A stretch of DNA of 64,000 nt from an uncultured Chloroflexia bacterium (GCA_963843685.1 CAWJLO010000008.1:202027-266026); one strand, 5' to 3'. Numbered from the stretch's first letter, positions 18,549 to 28,978 are shown. Notes: generated by a model not told the origin, from the letters alone. Numbers and translations are program-made.

Positions 18549-19901
18549 ATGAGAGAAGACCTCCTGTCCATCGCCAGCGACATCGTCGAACGAGCGCGGT
18601 CGCTCGGCGCGGACGAGGCCGACGCATACCTGCTGAGCGGGATCGAGTCGACAGTCACGGTGCGCAAGGGCGAAGTCGAGAAGCTCTTCGAGGCTGGCTC
18701 CCGCACGGTCTCGATCCGCGTGATCAAGGACAAGCGAACGGCCGTCTGCAACACGTCGGACTTCACGCCGAAAGCGCTGAGCGAGATGGTGCGCACGGCG
18801 GTGGATCTTGCGCAGATCAGCGAGCCGGATGAGTTCGCGGGGCTGCCGGCGAAGGAAGACCTCGCGATCGAGATGGGTTCGCTGCTGCAGCTCTACGACG
18901 AGCGCGTGGAGTCGATCAGCGTGGACGAGATGAAGGAGATCGTGCTACGCGCTGAGCAGGCGGCGTTCGACTTCGACAAGCGCATCACGAACTCTGAGGG
19001 GGCGGAGTTCGGCGCGGAGCGCGGCGACCTCGTGCTCGCCAACACGCTGGGCTTCGCCGGAAGCTATCCCTACACGGCGGCGAGCTTCTCCGTCGCGGTA
19101 ATCGCGGACGAGGCTGACGGCAAGAAGCAGAGCGACTACTGGTTCAGCGCCGAGCGGATGTTCCACCGGCTCGCATCGCCAGAGGACGTGGGCCGCCGTG
19201 CAGCCGCGCGGGTCGTGCGCAAGCTCGGTGGGCGGAAGATCAACACGCGCGAGGTTCCCGTCGTGTGGGATCCGGCGATGACGGCAGGGCTGCTAGGCGT
19301 GGTGGCGGGAGCGGCGAGCGGCGAGTCGCTGTTCAAACGCTCGACATTCCTGGCGGACGCCGAGGGGCAGCAGGCGCTTTCGCCGCTCGTGACGATCGTC
19401 GACGACCCGACGCTTCCCGGGCAGCTTGGATCGCGGCCGTTCGACGGCGAGGGCGTGCGAGCGCGGCGTAACCAGATCGTCGAGAGAGGCGTCTTTCAAC
19501 AGTTCCTGTTCGACAGCTACTACGGTCGCCGCATGGGGAGGCGGACGACAGGCAACGCCGCACGGGCCGGCGACAGCATCACTGTCGGCGGGAGCAACCG
19601 GCAGTGGCTCGGCGGAGACTCCGATCCAGCCGCGCTCGTGGCGGACGTGAAGGACGGGCTGTATCTCACGGACTTGATGGGGTTCGGGATCAACCAAACA
19701 ACAGGCGATTTCTCGCGAGGTGCGGCCGGCGTGTGGATCGAGGGCGGCCAGCTGACCTATCCGGTCGTGGAGATCAACGTATCGGGCAACCTGAAGCAGA
19801 TGCTCCGGGACATCGACGGCGTCGGCAACGACGTGCAGTGGTTCGGGGGGAGCGCGGCGCCCACGATCCGCATGTCGAACTTGATGGTGAGCGGACTCTG
19901 A
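18549..19901 (+). CDS. pmbA: PmbA/TldE-family protein (TldD partner).
   Basis: 450 aa with PmbA/TldD-family sequence throughout. Confidence 0.85.
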   Translation: MREDLLSIASDIVERARSLGADEADAYLLSGIESTVTVRKGEVEKLFEAGSRTVSIRVIKDKRTAVCNTSDFTPKALSEMVRTAVDLAQISEPDEFAGLPAKEDLAIEMGSLLQLYDERVESISVDEMKEIVLRAEQAAFDFDKRITNSEGAEFGAERGDLVLANTLGFAGSYPYTAASFSVAVIADEADGKKQSDYWFSAERMFHRLASPEDVGRRAAARVVRKLGGRKINTREVPVVWDPAMTAGLLGVVAGAASGESLFKRSTFLADAEGQQALSPLVTIVDDPTLPGQLGSRPFDGEGVRARRNQIVERGVFQQFLFDSYYGRRMGRRTTGNAARAGDSITVGGSNRQWLGGDSDPAALVADVKDGLYLTDLMGFGINQTTGDFSRGAAGVWIEGGQLTYPVVEINVSGNLKQMLRDIDGVGNDVQWFGGSAAPTIRMSNLMVSGL

Positions 19902-19993
19902 GTTCCAGACAGGTGCCAGCCCTCTCTTAAGGGTTCTCCCAGACGACGAAACAGACTCGATGGCGCCTGCGCCGGATCACGTGCGCATCCGCG

Positions 19994-20581
19994 ATGTCTT
20001 TGGCGAGCCGCATTGACACGATGACGAAACGCTTCTTGTTCCACGACGCCTTCTGGTTCCGCGTGCCGCTGAAGACGGTGGTCGTCGGACTCTGCGTGTT
20101 CGGAATTCTGACGCTATGGCCAGCGTTCTGGCGGAACGACGCGCACGACCAGGCTCGGGCGGCGTTCGGACTGGTGATCATGGTGGCGTTCGCCCTGCTG
20201 GCGAGCATCTTCACAGTCGCAGTGAACGACGGATACGTGGAGATCGACGACGACGAGCTGTTGATCCGCTTCGAGGCGTTCTTCAACGCGCGCGTGGCAT
20301 TGACCGACATCGTCACGGTGGGGCTGGTCGATCCCCGGCCGCACTGGCGGTACCGATTCGGGCTGTCGACGAATTTCGTCGATCGCATCTCATGCAGCCA
20401 CGGTGGAGCGCTCGTCGAGATAGAGCTGGCGCAGGCCTGCGTCACGAAGCTGTGGCCGCGGCACATCCCCGTGCGGCGGTTCTGGCTCGGCGTGCGGGAG
20501 CCGGAGACGTTCATCGCGAACCTGCGGGAAGCCGTCGGGCAGGCACAGGAGACCGCGCGATACGAGCGCCGAGCAGCCTGA
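19994..20581 (+). CDS. Hypothetical membrane protein (2 TM plus a bacterial PH-like domain).
   Basis: Two N-terminal TM helices followed by a soluble domain. No catalytic motif was recognised. Confidence 0.55.
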   Translation: MSLASRIDTMTKRFLFHDAFWFRVPLKTVVVGLCVFGILTLWPAFWRNDAHDQARAAFGLVIMVAFALLASIFTVAVNDGYVEIDDDELLIRFEAFFNARVALTDIVTVGLVDPRPHWRYRFGLSTNFVDRISCSHGGALVEIELAQACVTKLWPRHIPVRRFWLGVREPETFIANLREAVGQAQETARYERRAA

Positions 20582-20623
20582 TCGGTCGAGTCGACCCTGT
20601 ATCATGAGATCCCGAGGCATCAC

Positions 20624-22807
20624 ATGATTCAACGCGGTGCGTCCCGCGGCATCACTCGTACGACTGCAGTCGCGTTCGGCGTGGCACTCGCGGCGCTATT
20701 GCTGATCGCGCTCTTTCCGATCTTCCCGCGGCAGTTCAGCGTGCGGGTGGGCGACACAGCCTCGCGGACGCTGCGGGCGCCGCGGGCGCTGTCGTTCGTG
20801 AGTGCGTCGCAGACCGCGGCAGACAAGAAACAGGCGGAGGACGCTGTGCCTCCGACGTATGTGTACGACCCCTCGATCCGCACGGCGCAGCTCGCGGAGT
20901 ACGACAAGACCGTCGCGCAGATCGACGAGATCCGCACCGAGAACGCCGACTATCAGCACAAGAACGACGCCCTGGCCCGACTGCAGTTGTCGCCGCGCAG
21001 CATCGACACGGCGATCGGACTATCGGATGAGCGCTGGCAGGCCGTGGCCGCGGAGGGGCGGCGCGTGCTCTCGCAGGTCCTGAACGCGTCGATCGACGAC
21101 GCCAGCGTAGCCGCCACGAAGGACAGCGTCGACTCGCAGATTGCGCCACAGTTCATCGCGGATGAAGCACTCCTAGCGGCGGAGCTGGTCCGACCGCTCA
21201 TCGTTTCAACACAGAAGGTGGATCCGGACAAGACGCAGCAGGCGAAGGCGGCGGCGAGCGCGGCCATCCCGCCGCACGTGGTCAGCGTGGAGAAAGACGA
21301 GACCATCTTGCAGCCCGGCAAGCCCGTCGACGCGCTGACCGTGGAGAAGTTGAAGGAGGAAGGGCTGCTCTCGAACCGCATCGTGATCCGCAACGTGATT
21401 GCGGTCGCGATTGTATCGGCGGTGATCGCGGCGTGCCTGGCGGCATATCTCGTCGTGCTGCGGCCCAAGGGGATCGATTCGGAGCGCCACCTCCTAGCGC
21501 TGGCGCTGGTGGTCGCCTTGCCGCTGCTCGTTGCGAAGTTCTATCTGCCGCTGGTGCTTCCGGACGAGTCGAGACACTTCCTGGCGTTCATGCTGCCGGT
21601 GGCGGTTGCGCCGATCCTGATCGCGGCACTGCTCGAGACGGACGTGGCGGTCGTGGTGTCGCTGGTGATCGGGGCGTTGATCGCGTTCGTGAGCGCGTTC
21701 CTACCGGACATTTCCCTGGTGGCGTCTGTCGGCCCGCTGGACTCGATGCGCCTGATGCTCGTGTACGGAGTCGCGCCGCTGGTGGGCGTGTTCCTGGTGC
21801 ACAGGGCCGACCGGCTCAATCGCTTCCTCACCGCGGGGCTCGCCACCGGCGCGGCGAGCGGCGCTCTACTGGTGGCGACGTGGCTCATCGACGGGGACAG
21901 GACCAACGTCGACCTGGCGTGGATTGCGTTCGCGTGCGGCATGAACGGCGCGGTCGCGGGAGTGCTGGCGGCGGGCGTGTTCGTCACGCTCGGGGTGCTC
22001 TTCGGCGTCACGACGCGGATCCAGCTCATGGAACTGTCGCAACTCAACGCGCCGCTGTTGCGGCGGCTGCAGGACGAGGCACCGGGCACCTTCCACCACA
22101 GCATCATCGTCGGGAACCTGGCTGAGCGCGCGGCGGACCTGATCGGGGCCGACGCGCTGCTGACAAGGGTCGGCTGCTATTACCACGACATCGGCAAGGT
22201 GATGCAGCCGGGAATGTATATCGAAAACATCGCGGGGGCGGAGTCGCCGCACGACGGGATGTCGCCGGAGGAGAGCGCGAGCGTGATCCAGCAGCACGTG
22301 CTCGGCGGCGTGGAGTTGGCGCGGCGGCAGCGGCTGCCGGCGCGGGTACAGGCGTTCATTCCGGAGCATCACGGCACGAGGTTGGTCGCCTTCTTTTATC
22401 GCAAGGCGGCGGAGAAGAACCCGGAGGTAGACCCGGCCCTGTATCAGTACCCCGGGCCGAAGCCACAGTCACGTGAGACCGCAATCGTGATGCTGGCGGA
22501 CTCGACGGAGGCAGTGATCCGCGCGAGTGAAGACCGGTCGACGGAGCGCATCAACCAACTCGTAGACGAAGTGATCGCAGAGCGCGTGGCAGAGGGGCAG
22601 TTGGACGAAAGCGACCTGACACTGCGAGACCTGCGGACGATCGCGGAGTCATTCAAGACGACGATGCGGGCGGTGTACCACCCGCGCGTGAAGTACCCGG
22701 AGCCGACGCCGATGGAGGCACGGCGGCGCGTCCTGCGGCTGCCGATGCGCACGCTGGGCGGGCAGCGGGTGGACGTGCCGGACCCGCGGCGCCGCAAGCT
22801 CGATTGA
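20624..22807 (+). CDS. 7TM receptor with intracellular HD/HDIG phosphohydrolase domain (PgpH/YqfF-like).
   Basis: Large extracellular N-terminal region, seven TM helices, and a C-terminal HD domain (HHSIIVGNLAERAAD...YYHDIGK). Confidence 0.85.
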   Translation: MIQRGASRGITRTTAVAFGVALAALLLIALFPIFPRQFSVRVGDTASRTLRAPRALSFVSASQTAADKKQAEDAVPPTYVYDPSIRTAQLAEYDKTVAQIDEIRTENADYQHKNDALARLQLSPRSIDTAIGLSDERWQAVAAEGRRVLSQVLNASIDDASVAATKDSVDSQIAPQFIADEALLAAELVRPLIVSTQKVDPDKTQQAKAAASAAIPPHVVSVEKDETILQPGKPVDALTVEKLKEEGLLSNRIVIRNVIAVAIVSAVIAACLAAYLVVLRPKGIDSERHLLALALVVALPLLVAKFYLPLVLPDESRHFLAFMLPVAVAPILIAALLETDVAVVVSLVIGALIAFVSAFLPDISLVASVGPLDSMRLMLVYGVAPLVGVFLVHRADRLNRFLTAGLATGAASGALLVATWLIDGDRTNVDLAWIAFACGMNGAVAGVLAAGVFVTLGVLFGVTTRIQLMELSQLNAPLLRRLQDEAPGTFHHSIIVGNLAERAADLIGADALLTRVGCYYHDIGKVMQPGMYIENIAGAESPHDGMSPEESASVIQQHVLGGVELARRQRLPARVQAFIPEHHGTRLVAFFYRKAAEKNPEVDPALYQYPGPKPQSRETAIVMLADSTEAVIRASEDRSTERINQLVDEVIAERVAEGQLDESDLTLRDLRTIAESFKTTMRAVYHPRVKYPEPTPMEARRRVLRLPMRTLGGQRVDVPDPRRRKLD

Positions 22808-22943
22808 CGGCAGACGCATGAGGCGAAGGGCGCGTGGATTACGGTTCGTTCACACGGCGCCTCGATTGAACCTGTTACACTTACTACGAACGTGGCGCTT
22901 TCAAGTGGGGCGCTGAATGAGGAGAGAGGTCCAAAGAAGATAC

Positions 22944-23810
22944 ATGGGTGCAACTGCCAAGACTCTGCTGCTGATGGGTGTGCTGACAGGCCTCCTCGGC
23001 GCGCTGGGGTACCTGTTTCTGGGCGGGTGGATTGGGCTGGTGTTCTTCCTGCTGATCGCCGGCGCTTTCAACATGTTCGCCTACTGGAAATCGGACTCGC
23101 TGGCACTCCGGATGGCCGGAGCGCACGAGGTGACGCCGGAGCAGGAGCCCCGCCTCCACCGCGTGGTGGAGGAGGTGGTGTCGCTGACGTCGCTGCCGAA
23201 GCCGAAGGTATACGTGGTGGACAATCCGTCGCCAAACGCGTTCGCGACGGGGCGCAACCCGAAGCACGCGGTGGTCGCCGCGACGACGGGCATCATGAAC
23301 CTGCTCGACGACCGAGAGCTGAAGGGCGTGATCGCCCACGAGCTGGGGCACGTGGGGAACCGCGACATCCTCATCGGGGCGATCGCGGCGGTGTTCGCCG
23401 GGGCGATCGCGATGGTGACGAACATGCTCGGCTGGAGCATGATGTTCGGGGGCTTCGGCGGCGGGCGTCGCAACAACGACAACATGCTGCTGGCGATTGC
23501 GGCGATCATCCTGATGCCGATCGCCGCGAGCATCGTGCAGCTTTCGATCTCGCGGACGCGGGAGTACGAGGCGGACAAGACGGGCGCGAAGACGACGCAC
23601 GACCCGGAGGCACTCGCCGACGCGCTCGCGAAGCTGGAGCAGGGCGCCGCGGTGCGGCCGATGCAGGTGAATCCGGCGGCGGCGCACATGTACATCGTGA
23701 ACCCGCTTGCCGGGCTGCGGGGCGCGAACATGTCGGGGCTGTTCAGCACCCACCCGCCGATCGAGGAGCGGATCAAGCGGCTGCGGCAGATGGCGCGGAC
23801 AGGCGTCTAG
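22944..23810 (+). CDS. htpX: Zinc metalloprotease HtpX (M48).
   Basis: HELGHVGNRD HExxH motif with TM helices. The start at 22944 fits the HtpX N-terminus; the alternative is 22917. Confidence 0.85.
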   Translation: MGATAKTLLLMGVLTGLLGALGYLFLGGWIGLVFFLLIAGAFNMFAYWKSDSLALRMAGAHEVTPEQEPRLHRVVEEVVSLTSLPKPKVYVVDNPSPNAFATGRNPKHAVVAATTGIMNLLDDRELKGVIAHELGHVGNRDILIGAIAAVFAGAIAMVTNMLGWSMMFGGFGGGRRNNDNMLLAIAAIILMPIAASIVQLSISRTREYEADKTGAKTTHDPEALADALAKLEQGAAVRPMQVNPAAAHMYIVNPLAGLRGANMSGLFSTHPPIEERIKRLRQMARTGV

Positions 23811-23834
23811 TCCGCAGCACAGCGAAGTAAGCGT

Positions 23835-23866
23835 GGAAGGCCGTCGCGTCGACGCGACGGCCTTCC
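23835..23866. terminator. Bidirectional terminator palindrome between convergent htpX and rarA.
   Basis: Perfect inverted repeat GGAAGGCCGTCGCG-TCGA-CGCGACGGCCTTCC followed by a T-rich tract. Confidence 0.65.
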
Positions 23867-23889
23867 TGTTTCACTCCGCGGATCGGCAG

Positions 23890-25242
23890 CTACGACTGTT
23901 GCTCGCGCTCGGCCCGCTCGCGCTTGCGGCGGCCCTCCCAGCCCTGGTCGGTGGGCCGGTAGTAGGTGTGGCCGGCAACACGGTCGGGCAGGTGCTGCTG
24001 CTCGACGACGTGGCCCTCGTAGTCGTGGGCGTACTTGTAGCCAGCGCCGTAGCCCATCTGGCGCATGAGGCCGGTGACGGCGTTGCGCAGGTGCAGCGGG
24101 ACGGGGTCGTTGCGGGTGTTCTCCACGTCCTTGAGGGCGGCCCCGTAGGCGCTGCCGGTGCTGTTGCTCTTCGGCGCCAGGGCGAGATAGAGGGCGGTCT
24201 CCGCCATGGGGTAGAAGCCCTCGGGCAGCCCGATGAAATGCACCGCCTGCTGGCACGCGCTCGCGACGACCATGGCCATCGGATCAGCGAGGCCGACGTC
24301 CTCTGACGCGAGAATGACCATGCGCCGGACGATGAACAGCGGATCCTCGCCGGCCTCGATCATGCGGGCAAGCCAGTAGAGCGCGGCATCCGGGTCGGAG
24401 CCGCGCAGCGACTTGATGAAGGCGGAGATGGTGTCGTAGTGGGCGTCGCCCTGGCGGTCGTAGAGGTAGGTGCGGTGCTGGAGCGCCTCCTCGACGTCTT
24501 CGACGGTGACGCGGGGATTCTTGCCGCCCCGGGCCTCTGCGCCAACGACGGCCGACTCGATGGCGTTGAGGGCGATGCGGGCATCGCCGCCGACGGAGGC
24601 AGCGAGCGCGTCGACGGCGTCGTCCTCAACGGTCACGCCGCTGGCGCCGAGGCCGCGCTCTTCATCGGCGAGGGCCTGGCGGACGATGCGGGCGATGCTG
24701 TCCGGCTCGAGCATCTTGAGGGCGAAGACGCGGGAGCGCGAGAGCAGCGGTCCGATCACTTCGAACGAGGGGTTCTCGGTCGTCGCGCCGATGAGAACGA
24801 CGGTGCCGTCCTCGACGAAGGGCAGGATGGCGTCCTGCTGGGCCTTATTGAAGCGATGGATCTCGTCGATGAAGAGGACTGTGCGGCCGAGACCGGCGCG
24901 GAGCCGCTCGCGCGCCTCTGCGACCGCCTTGCGGAGGTCGGCGACGCCGGCTGAGACGGCGGAGACGGGCACGAACGTCGCCTTGGTGCGCGTGGCGATG
25001 ATGCGGGCGAGGGTGGTCTTACCGGTGCCGGGCGGCCCCCAGAGGATGATCGAGGGGAGGTTGTCCGCCTCGACGAGGCGACGGAGAATGCGGCCTTCAC
25101 CGACGAGGTGCTCCTGTCCGACGTACTCGTCGAAGCTGCGCGGACGCACGCGCGCGGCGAGCGGCGCACCGGGCTGCGGTGCACCGTCAGGACCGCGCTC
25201 GTCGAACAGGGGCGTCGACTTCGGGGTCGCGCGTCGTGGCAT
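23890..25242 (-). CDS. rarA: Replication-associated recombination protein A (AAA+ ATPase).
   Basis: Walker A GPPGTGKTT, LFIDEIHRFNK, and a C-terminal MgsA domain. Confidence 0.9.
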   Translation of the reverse strand: MPRRATPKSTPLFDERGPDGAPQPGAPLAARVRPRSFDEYVGQEHLVGEGRILRRLVEADNLPSIILWGPPGTGKTTLARIIATRTKATFVPVSAVSAGVADLRKAVAEARERLRAGLGRTVLFIDEIHRFNKAQQDAILPFVEDGTVVLIGATTENPSFEVIGPLLSRSRVFALKMLEPDSIARIVRQALADEERGLGASGVTVEDDAVDALAASVGGDARIALNAIESAVVGAEARGGKNPRVTVEDVEEALQHRTYLYDRQGDAHYDTISAFIKSLRGSDPDAALYWLARMIEAGEDPLFIVRRMVILASEDVGLADPMAMVVASACQQAVHFIGLPEGFYPMAETALYLALAPKSNSTGSAYGAALKDVENTRNDPVPLHLRNAVTGLMRQMGYGAGYKYAHDYEGHVVEQQHLPDRVAGHTYYRPTDQGWEGRRKRERAEREQQS

Positions 25243-25273
25243 GGGGGCAGTGTACTTCCGGAACGCGAGTGGG

Positions 25274-26060
25274 CTAGATGTTGTTGAAGCGACTGAGGCC
25301 GGGGATGTCGCTGAAATAGCCGTTGAACAGCGTCATCTCATTCGAGAACAGCAGGATGCCGACAAAGATGACGAGAGCGCCGGTGGCGATCTCCACGAGG
25401 GGCATGGCGCCGCGCATGCGGCGGAGGAATGCCGTCACGGGGACAACCGCGAGTCCGGTGATGATGAACGGGACTCCGAGGCCGAGCGAATACACGAGGA
25501 GCAGGTAGCTGCCCTTCGCGACGGATGAGCTGGTCGCCGAGAGCGTGAGGATCGCGCCGAGGACAGGTCCGATGCAGGGCGTCCATCCGACGGCGAACGC
25601 AGCGCCGACGCCGAAGGACTTCGTGTAGCCGAGGCCGTGCGCCACGCCGGTGCTCATCGCACTTCCGCGGCGGGCTCCCCCTCCCCCGCCGATGGCGATG
25701 GTGCCGCCGCCCGCAGTCGCGGTTTCGAGCGTAAAGCTCCGGTAGAGGAGTGGGATCTTGATGACGCCGAGGAGATTGAGACCCATCACGATGAGGAACA
25801 CGCCGCCGACCTTCTCAAGCACGGACAGGTGGTCGCGAACGACGTAGCTGGAGTCCTGGCTGAGCGAGGGCGCCGAGGAGCCCGGCGGAAGCGCCGATGA
25901 AGGTGAAGACGGCGGTGAAGCCGAGCACGAAGGACACGGCGTGGGTGACCGTCTCGCGGCGGGCGGAGCGGCCTTGCTCGAGCGTGGCGGTGGTGCCGGT
26001 GAGATGGGCGAGGTACGCCGGGACGAGGGGCAGCACGCAGGGAGAGAGGAACGAGAGCAC
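25274..26060 (-). pseudogene. ccdA: Cytochrome c-type biogenesis protein CcdA (DsbD-like), interrupted by a single-base frameshift near 25850-25870.
   Basis: N-terminus MLSFLSPCVLPLVPAYL (frame of ORF 25815..26060). The C-terminal portion SVLEKVGGVFLIVMG...GWTPCIGPVLG continues in the frame of ORF 25274..26116. Together they give a full-length CcdA. Confidence 0.7.
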
Positions 26061-26136
26061 GCCCGGCCGCGAAGGCGAAGGCGAAGCCCCACGGCCCCGT
26101 CAGAAACTGGACCCAACCCTCGGTCAATGTGCGCTC

Positions 26137-26361
26137 CTAGCCGAACGGCGAGTCAGCGACGTCGGGGATGCCGAGCAGCGCCAGGCGCGCCTTGTCGTAG
26201 CGCTCCTTGGCTCGCTCCTCGCGGTTCAGCAGCCCCTTGAACTGGTCGCCGACGAGCGTCTTCGTGCCATCGAGGAAGACGGCGTGGAGGTCCTGGAGCT
26301 GCTTCTGCCAGTCCTCGTAGGCCTTCAAGTACGCCTCGCGGCGCTCGTCGCTGACCTTCAT
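26137..26361 (-). CDS. Small hypothetical protein (74 aa, charged, helical).
   Basis: GGAGG SD 5 nt upstream of the ATG. GC3-biased codons. It lies between a secreted-protein gene and ccdA on the same strand. Confidence 0.55.
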   Translation of the reverse strand: MKVSDERREAYLKAYEDWQKQLQDLHAVFLDGTKTLVGDQFKGLLNREERAKERYDKARLALLGIPDVADSPFG

Positions 26362-26373
26362 CGTGCCTCCGGC

Positions 26374-26700
26374 TCACGTCAGGCTAGCGCGAGAAGCCGG
26401 CGCTCGGCCAGTTCGAGTCCGACTGCGGCGACGTCTCCGGAGCACCGACCGCCGCAGCGAGAGACCCATGGCGGCGCTCAAGGCGGCCACGCAGGCAACG
26501 TCTTTCATCGGGAGGTCCGGGCCGCCGGGCAGCGTCACGTCCTGCCCGACAGCCTGGGTTGGTATCGCCGGGTCACGGACGGCCGGCGAGTGTTGCGGCG
26601 CGGCATCGACGCTCTCGCCGCGCGCGGCCGGGAGTACGAACGAGAGGCCGGCGGCTGCGGCGAGGGCGAGCATCAGGACGACGAGGATCAGGGTACGCAC
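26374..26700 (-). CDS. Hypothetical secreted protein (~109 aa) with an N-terminal signal peptide.
   Basis: GTG start is preceded by GGAGGTGA. Signal-peptide-like N-terminus VRTLILVVLMLALAAAAGLSFVLPAARG. The C-terminal part is Arg-rich and low-complexity, so confidence is moderate. Confidence 0.4.
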   Translation of the reverse strand: MRTLILVVLMLALAAAAGLSFVLPAARGESVDAAPQHSPAVRDPAIPTQAVGQDVTLPGGPDLPMKDVACVAALSAAMGLSLRRSVLRRRRRSRTRTGRAPASRASLT

Positions 26701-26848
26701 GGATATCACCTCCGCATGCAGCCTCTTGCGAAGGACTGCGCCGTCGCCTGACGCGACGAAGGCGGCTGACCTACGGGACGCCGACGATGGGCGCTGTTGG
26801 CTGTAACGCGCGCTCGCTACGCTGTGCCGGGAACGAGAGGAGCGACCC

Positions 26849-28180
26849 GTGCCACAACCGCCGCGCATCGACTGGGACGCCGTCTCTGAGGAGGCGACTC
26901 GCCTGCTATCCGACTTCATCCGCATCGACACGTCGAACCCGCCGGGGCGAGAGAAGGCGGCGTGCGATTGGCTGGCGGGGCTGCTGCGGGCCGAGGGGAT
27001 CGACGAGATTGCCTTCTATGATGCGTCTGACAGCAGCGAGCACGGCGCCGAGCGGATGAACATGACGGCGACGCTCCGCGGGGACGGGCGGAAGGCGCCG
27101 CTGATCCTCCTCAGTCACACCGACGTGGTGCCCGTGGAGCGCCAGTACTGGGAGTTCGAGCCGTTCTCCGGGGCGGTCGTCGACGGCGTGATCTACGGGC
27201 GGGGCGCGCTGGACATGAAGTCGATGGGGATCATGGAGCTGATGGCGATGTTCCTCATTAGGCGGCACGGGATCCCCCACAGCCGCGATATCGTCTACAT
27301 GGCGCTGGCGGACGAGGAGGCTGGCGGCCGGTGGGGGATCGAGTGGATGGAGGCGCACCACCCCGAGCTGCTCGATGCGGAGTATGTGATCAACGAGGGC
27401 GGCTGGGGCAGCGCCGAGGTGTTCGGGGTGCGGCGTCCGGCGTTCAACTGCTCGGTCAGCGAAAAGGGGCCGCTCTGGCTGAAGCTGACAGCGGAGGGGC
27501 GCCCGGGGCACGGCTCCGTGCCACACCCGGACAACGCACTGGAGCGGCTGGTGCGGGCGCTGTACCGCATCCAGGAGTGGACGCGGCCGGTGGCGGTGGT
27601 GCCGGAGCTGCGGGAGTACTTCAACCGTCTGCACCGGGCGCAGATCATGGCGGGCGACGGGTCGCAGGCGGCGATGGAGAAGCTGGCGGCCGACAACCTG
27701 CTCGCTCGCGCGGTGCTTACGAACACCGTCAGCACGACCTCGGCGCACTCCGGCATGAAGCACAACGTCATTCCGGGCATCGCCGAAGCTACGCTCGACT
27801 GCCGGCTCCTTCCGGGGCAGGATCCAGCGGAGTTCACGCAGCAGGTGCGCGACATCGTCGCCGACCCGAAAGTGCGGGTAGAGTCGATCTTCGAATCGAG
27901 CACGCCGGCGTCGCCGATCCAGACGGAGCTGTTCGGCGTGATCGAGGACACGGTGCACGACCACATGGAGGAGGCGCTGGTGTTGCCCAGCGTATCGGCG
28001 GGGTTCACGGACTCGCGCGTCTTCCGCAAGCACGGGATCACGTCGTACGGCTTCATTCCGTACCTGTTGGAGCAGAATGAGGCAATGACGGTTCACGGGC
28101 ACAACGAGCGCATCACAATCGAGAACCTGAGACTGGGGACGCAGATCCTCTTCGAGACGGTGCGCCGGATCTGCTCCTGA
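26849..28180 (+). CDS. M20-family metallopeptidase (ArgE/DapE/dipeptidase-like).
   Basis: HTDVVPV, GRGALDMKS and the Asp/Glu/His metal-ligand pattern. SD GAGAGGAG before the GTG. Confidence 0.85.
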   Translation: MPQPPRIDWDAVSEEATRLLSDFIRIDTSNPPGREKAACDWLAGLLRAEGIDEIAFYDASDSSEHGAERMNMTATLRGDGRKAPLILLSHTDVVPVERQYWEFEPFSGAVVDGVIYGRGALDMKSMGIMELMAMFLIRRHGIPHSRDIVYMALADEEAGGRWGIEWMEAHHPELLDAEYVINEGGWGSAEVFGVRRPAFNCSVSEKGPLWLKLTAEGRPGHGSVPHPDNALERLVRALYRIQEWTRPVAVVPELREYFNRLHRAQIMAGDGSQAAMEKLAADNLLARAVLTNTVSTTSAHSGMKHNVIPGIAEATLDCRLLPGQDPAEFTQQVRDIVADPKVRVESIFESSTPASPIQTELFGVIEDTVHDHMEEALVLPSVSAGFTDSRVFRKHGITSYGFIPYLLEQNEAMTVHGHNERITIENLRLGTQILFETVRRICS

Positions 28181-28228
28181 ACACGGCGGCGCACACGAAA
28201 CGAGACGCAGGCATGTGGAGGCAAGGAC

Positions 28229-28978
28229 ATGACGGTCGAGGACATCAAGCTGGTCGGAGTGATGGGTGGCGGCGTGATGGGCGGCGGCATCGCGCAGACG
28301 TTCGCGGCGCATGGGTTCACGACGATCATCCGTGACCTGAACGACGAGCTGATCGAGAAGACGCGCTACTCGATGGTCGACGGGCGCTTCGGGCTGAAAG
28401 GGTCCGTCGAGCGAGGAAAGATGACGCAGGGCGAGTGCGACGCGGCTATCGCGCGATTCTCGTTCACAACGGACGTCAATGACCTCCGCGACTGCGATCT
28501 GATCGTCGAGGCGGTGCCGGAGAACCTGGATCTGAAGAAGGCGGTGTTCTCGGAGTTCGACGGGTTCGTGAAGAAGGACGCGACCTTCGCGACGAACACT
28601 TCGGGATTCGCTATCTCCGACCTGAACAAGGCGGTATCCCGGCGCCAGCGGTTCGTCGGGTTTCACTGGTTCAGCCCGGCGTTCATCATGAAGCCGATCG
28701 AGATCGTGTACGCACCGGAGACCTCGCAGGAGACGGTCGACACGATGCTCGCACTGGCGGAACGGCTCGGGAAGGTGCCGATCCGTGTCAAGGACGCACC
28801 GGGCAAGTATGGATTCGTGGCGAACAGGATCTACTTCGCGATGGTGGCCGAGGCGCGTAAGGTGCTGGACGAGGGCGTGGCGAGCGCGGATGACATCAAT
28901 GCGGCGATGCGGTTGGGGTTCAACTGGCCGGCGGGCCCGCTCGAAATGGTGACGGGAGCGCGCAAGGGATGGCAGTGA
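28229..28978 (+). CDS. 3-hydroxyacyl-CoA dehydrogenase family protein, apparently C-terminally truncated.
   Basis: NAD-binding domain GGGVMGGGIAQ and the start of the C-terminal domain. The protein ends at GPLEMVTGARKGWQ, about 35 aa short of typical homologs. Confidence 0.7.
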   Translation: MTVEDIKLVGVMGGGVMGGGIAQTFAAHGFTTIIRDLNDELIEKTRYSMVDGRFGLKGSVERGKMTQGECDAAIARFSFTTDVNDLRDCDLIVEAVPENLDLKKAVFSEFDGFVKKDATFATNTSGFAISDLNKAVSRRQRFVGFHWFSPAFIMKPIEIVYAPETSQETVDTMLALAERLGKVPIRVKDAPGKYGFVANRIYFAMVAEARKVLDEGVASADDINAAMRLGFNWPAGPLEMVTGARKGWQ

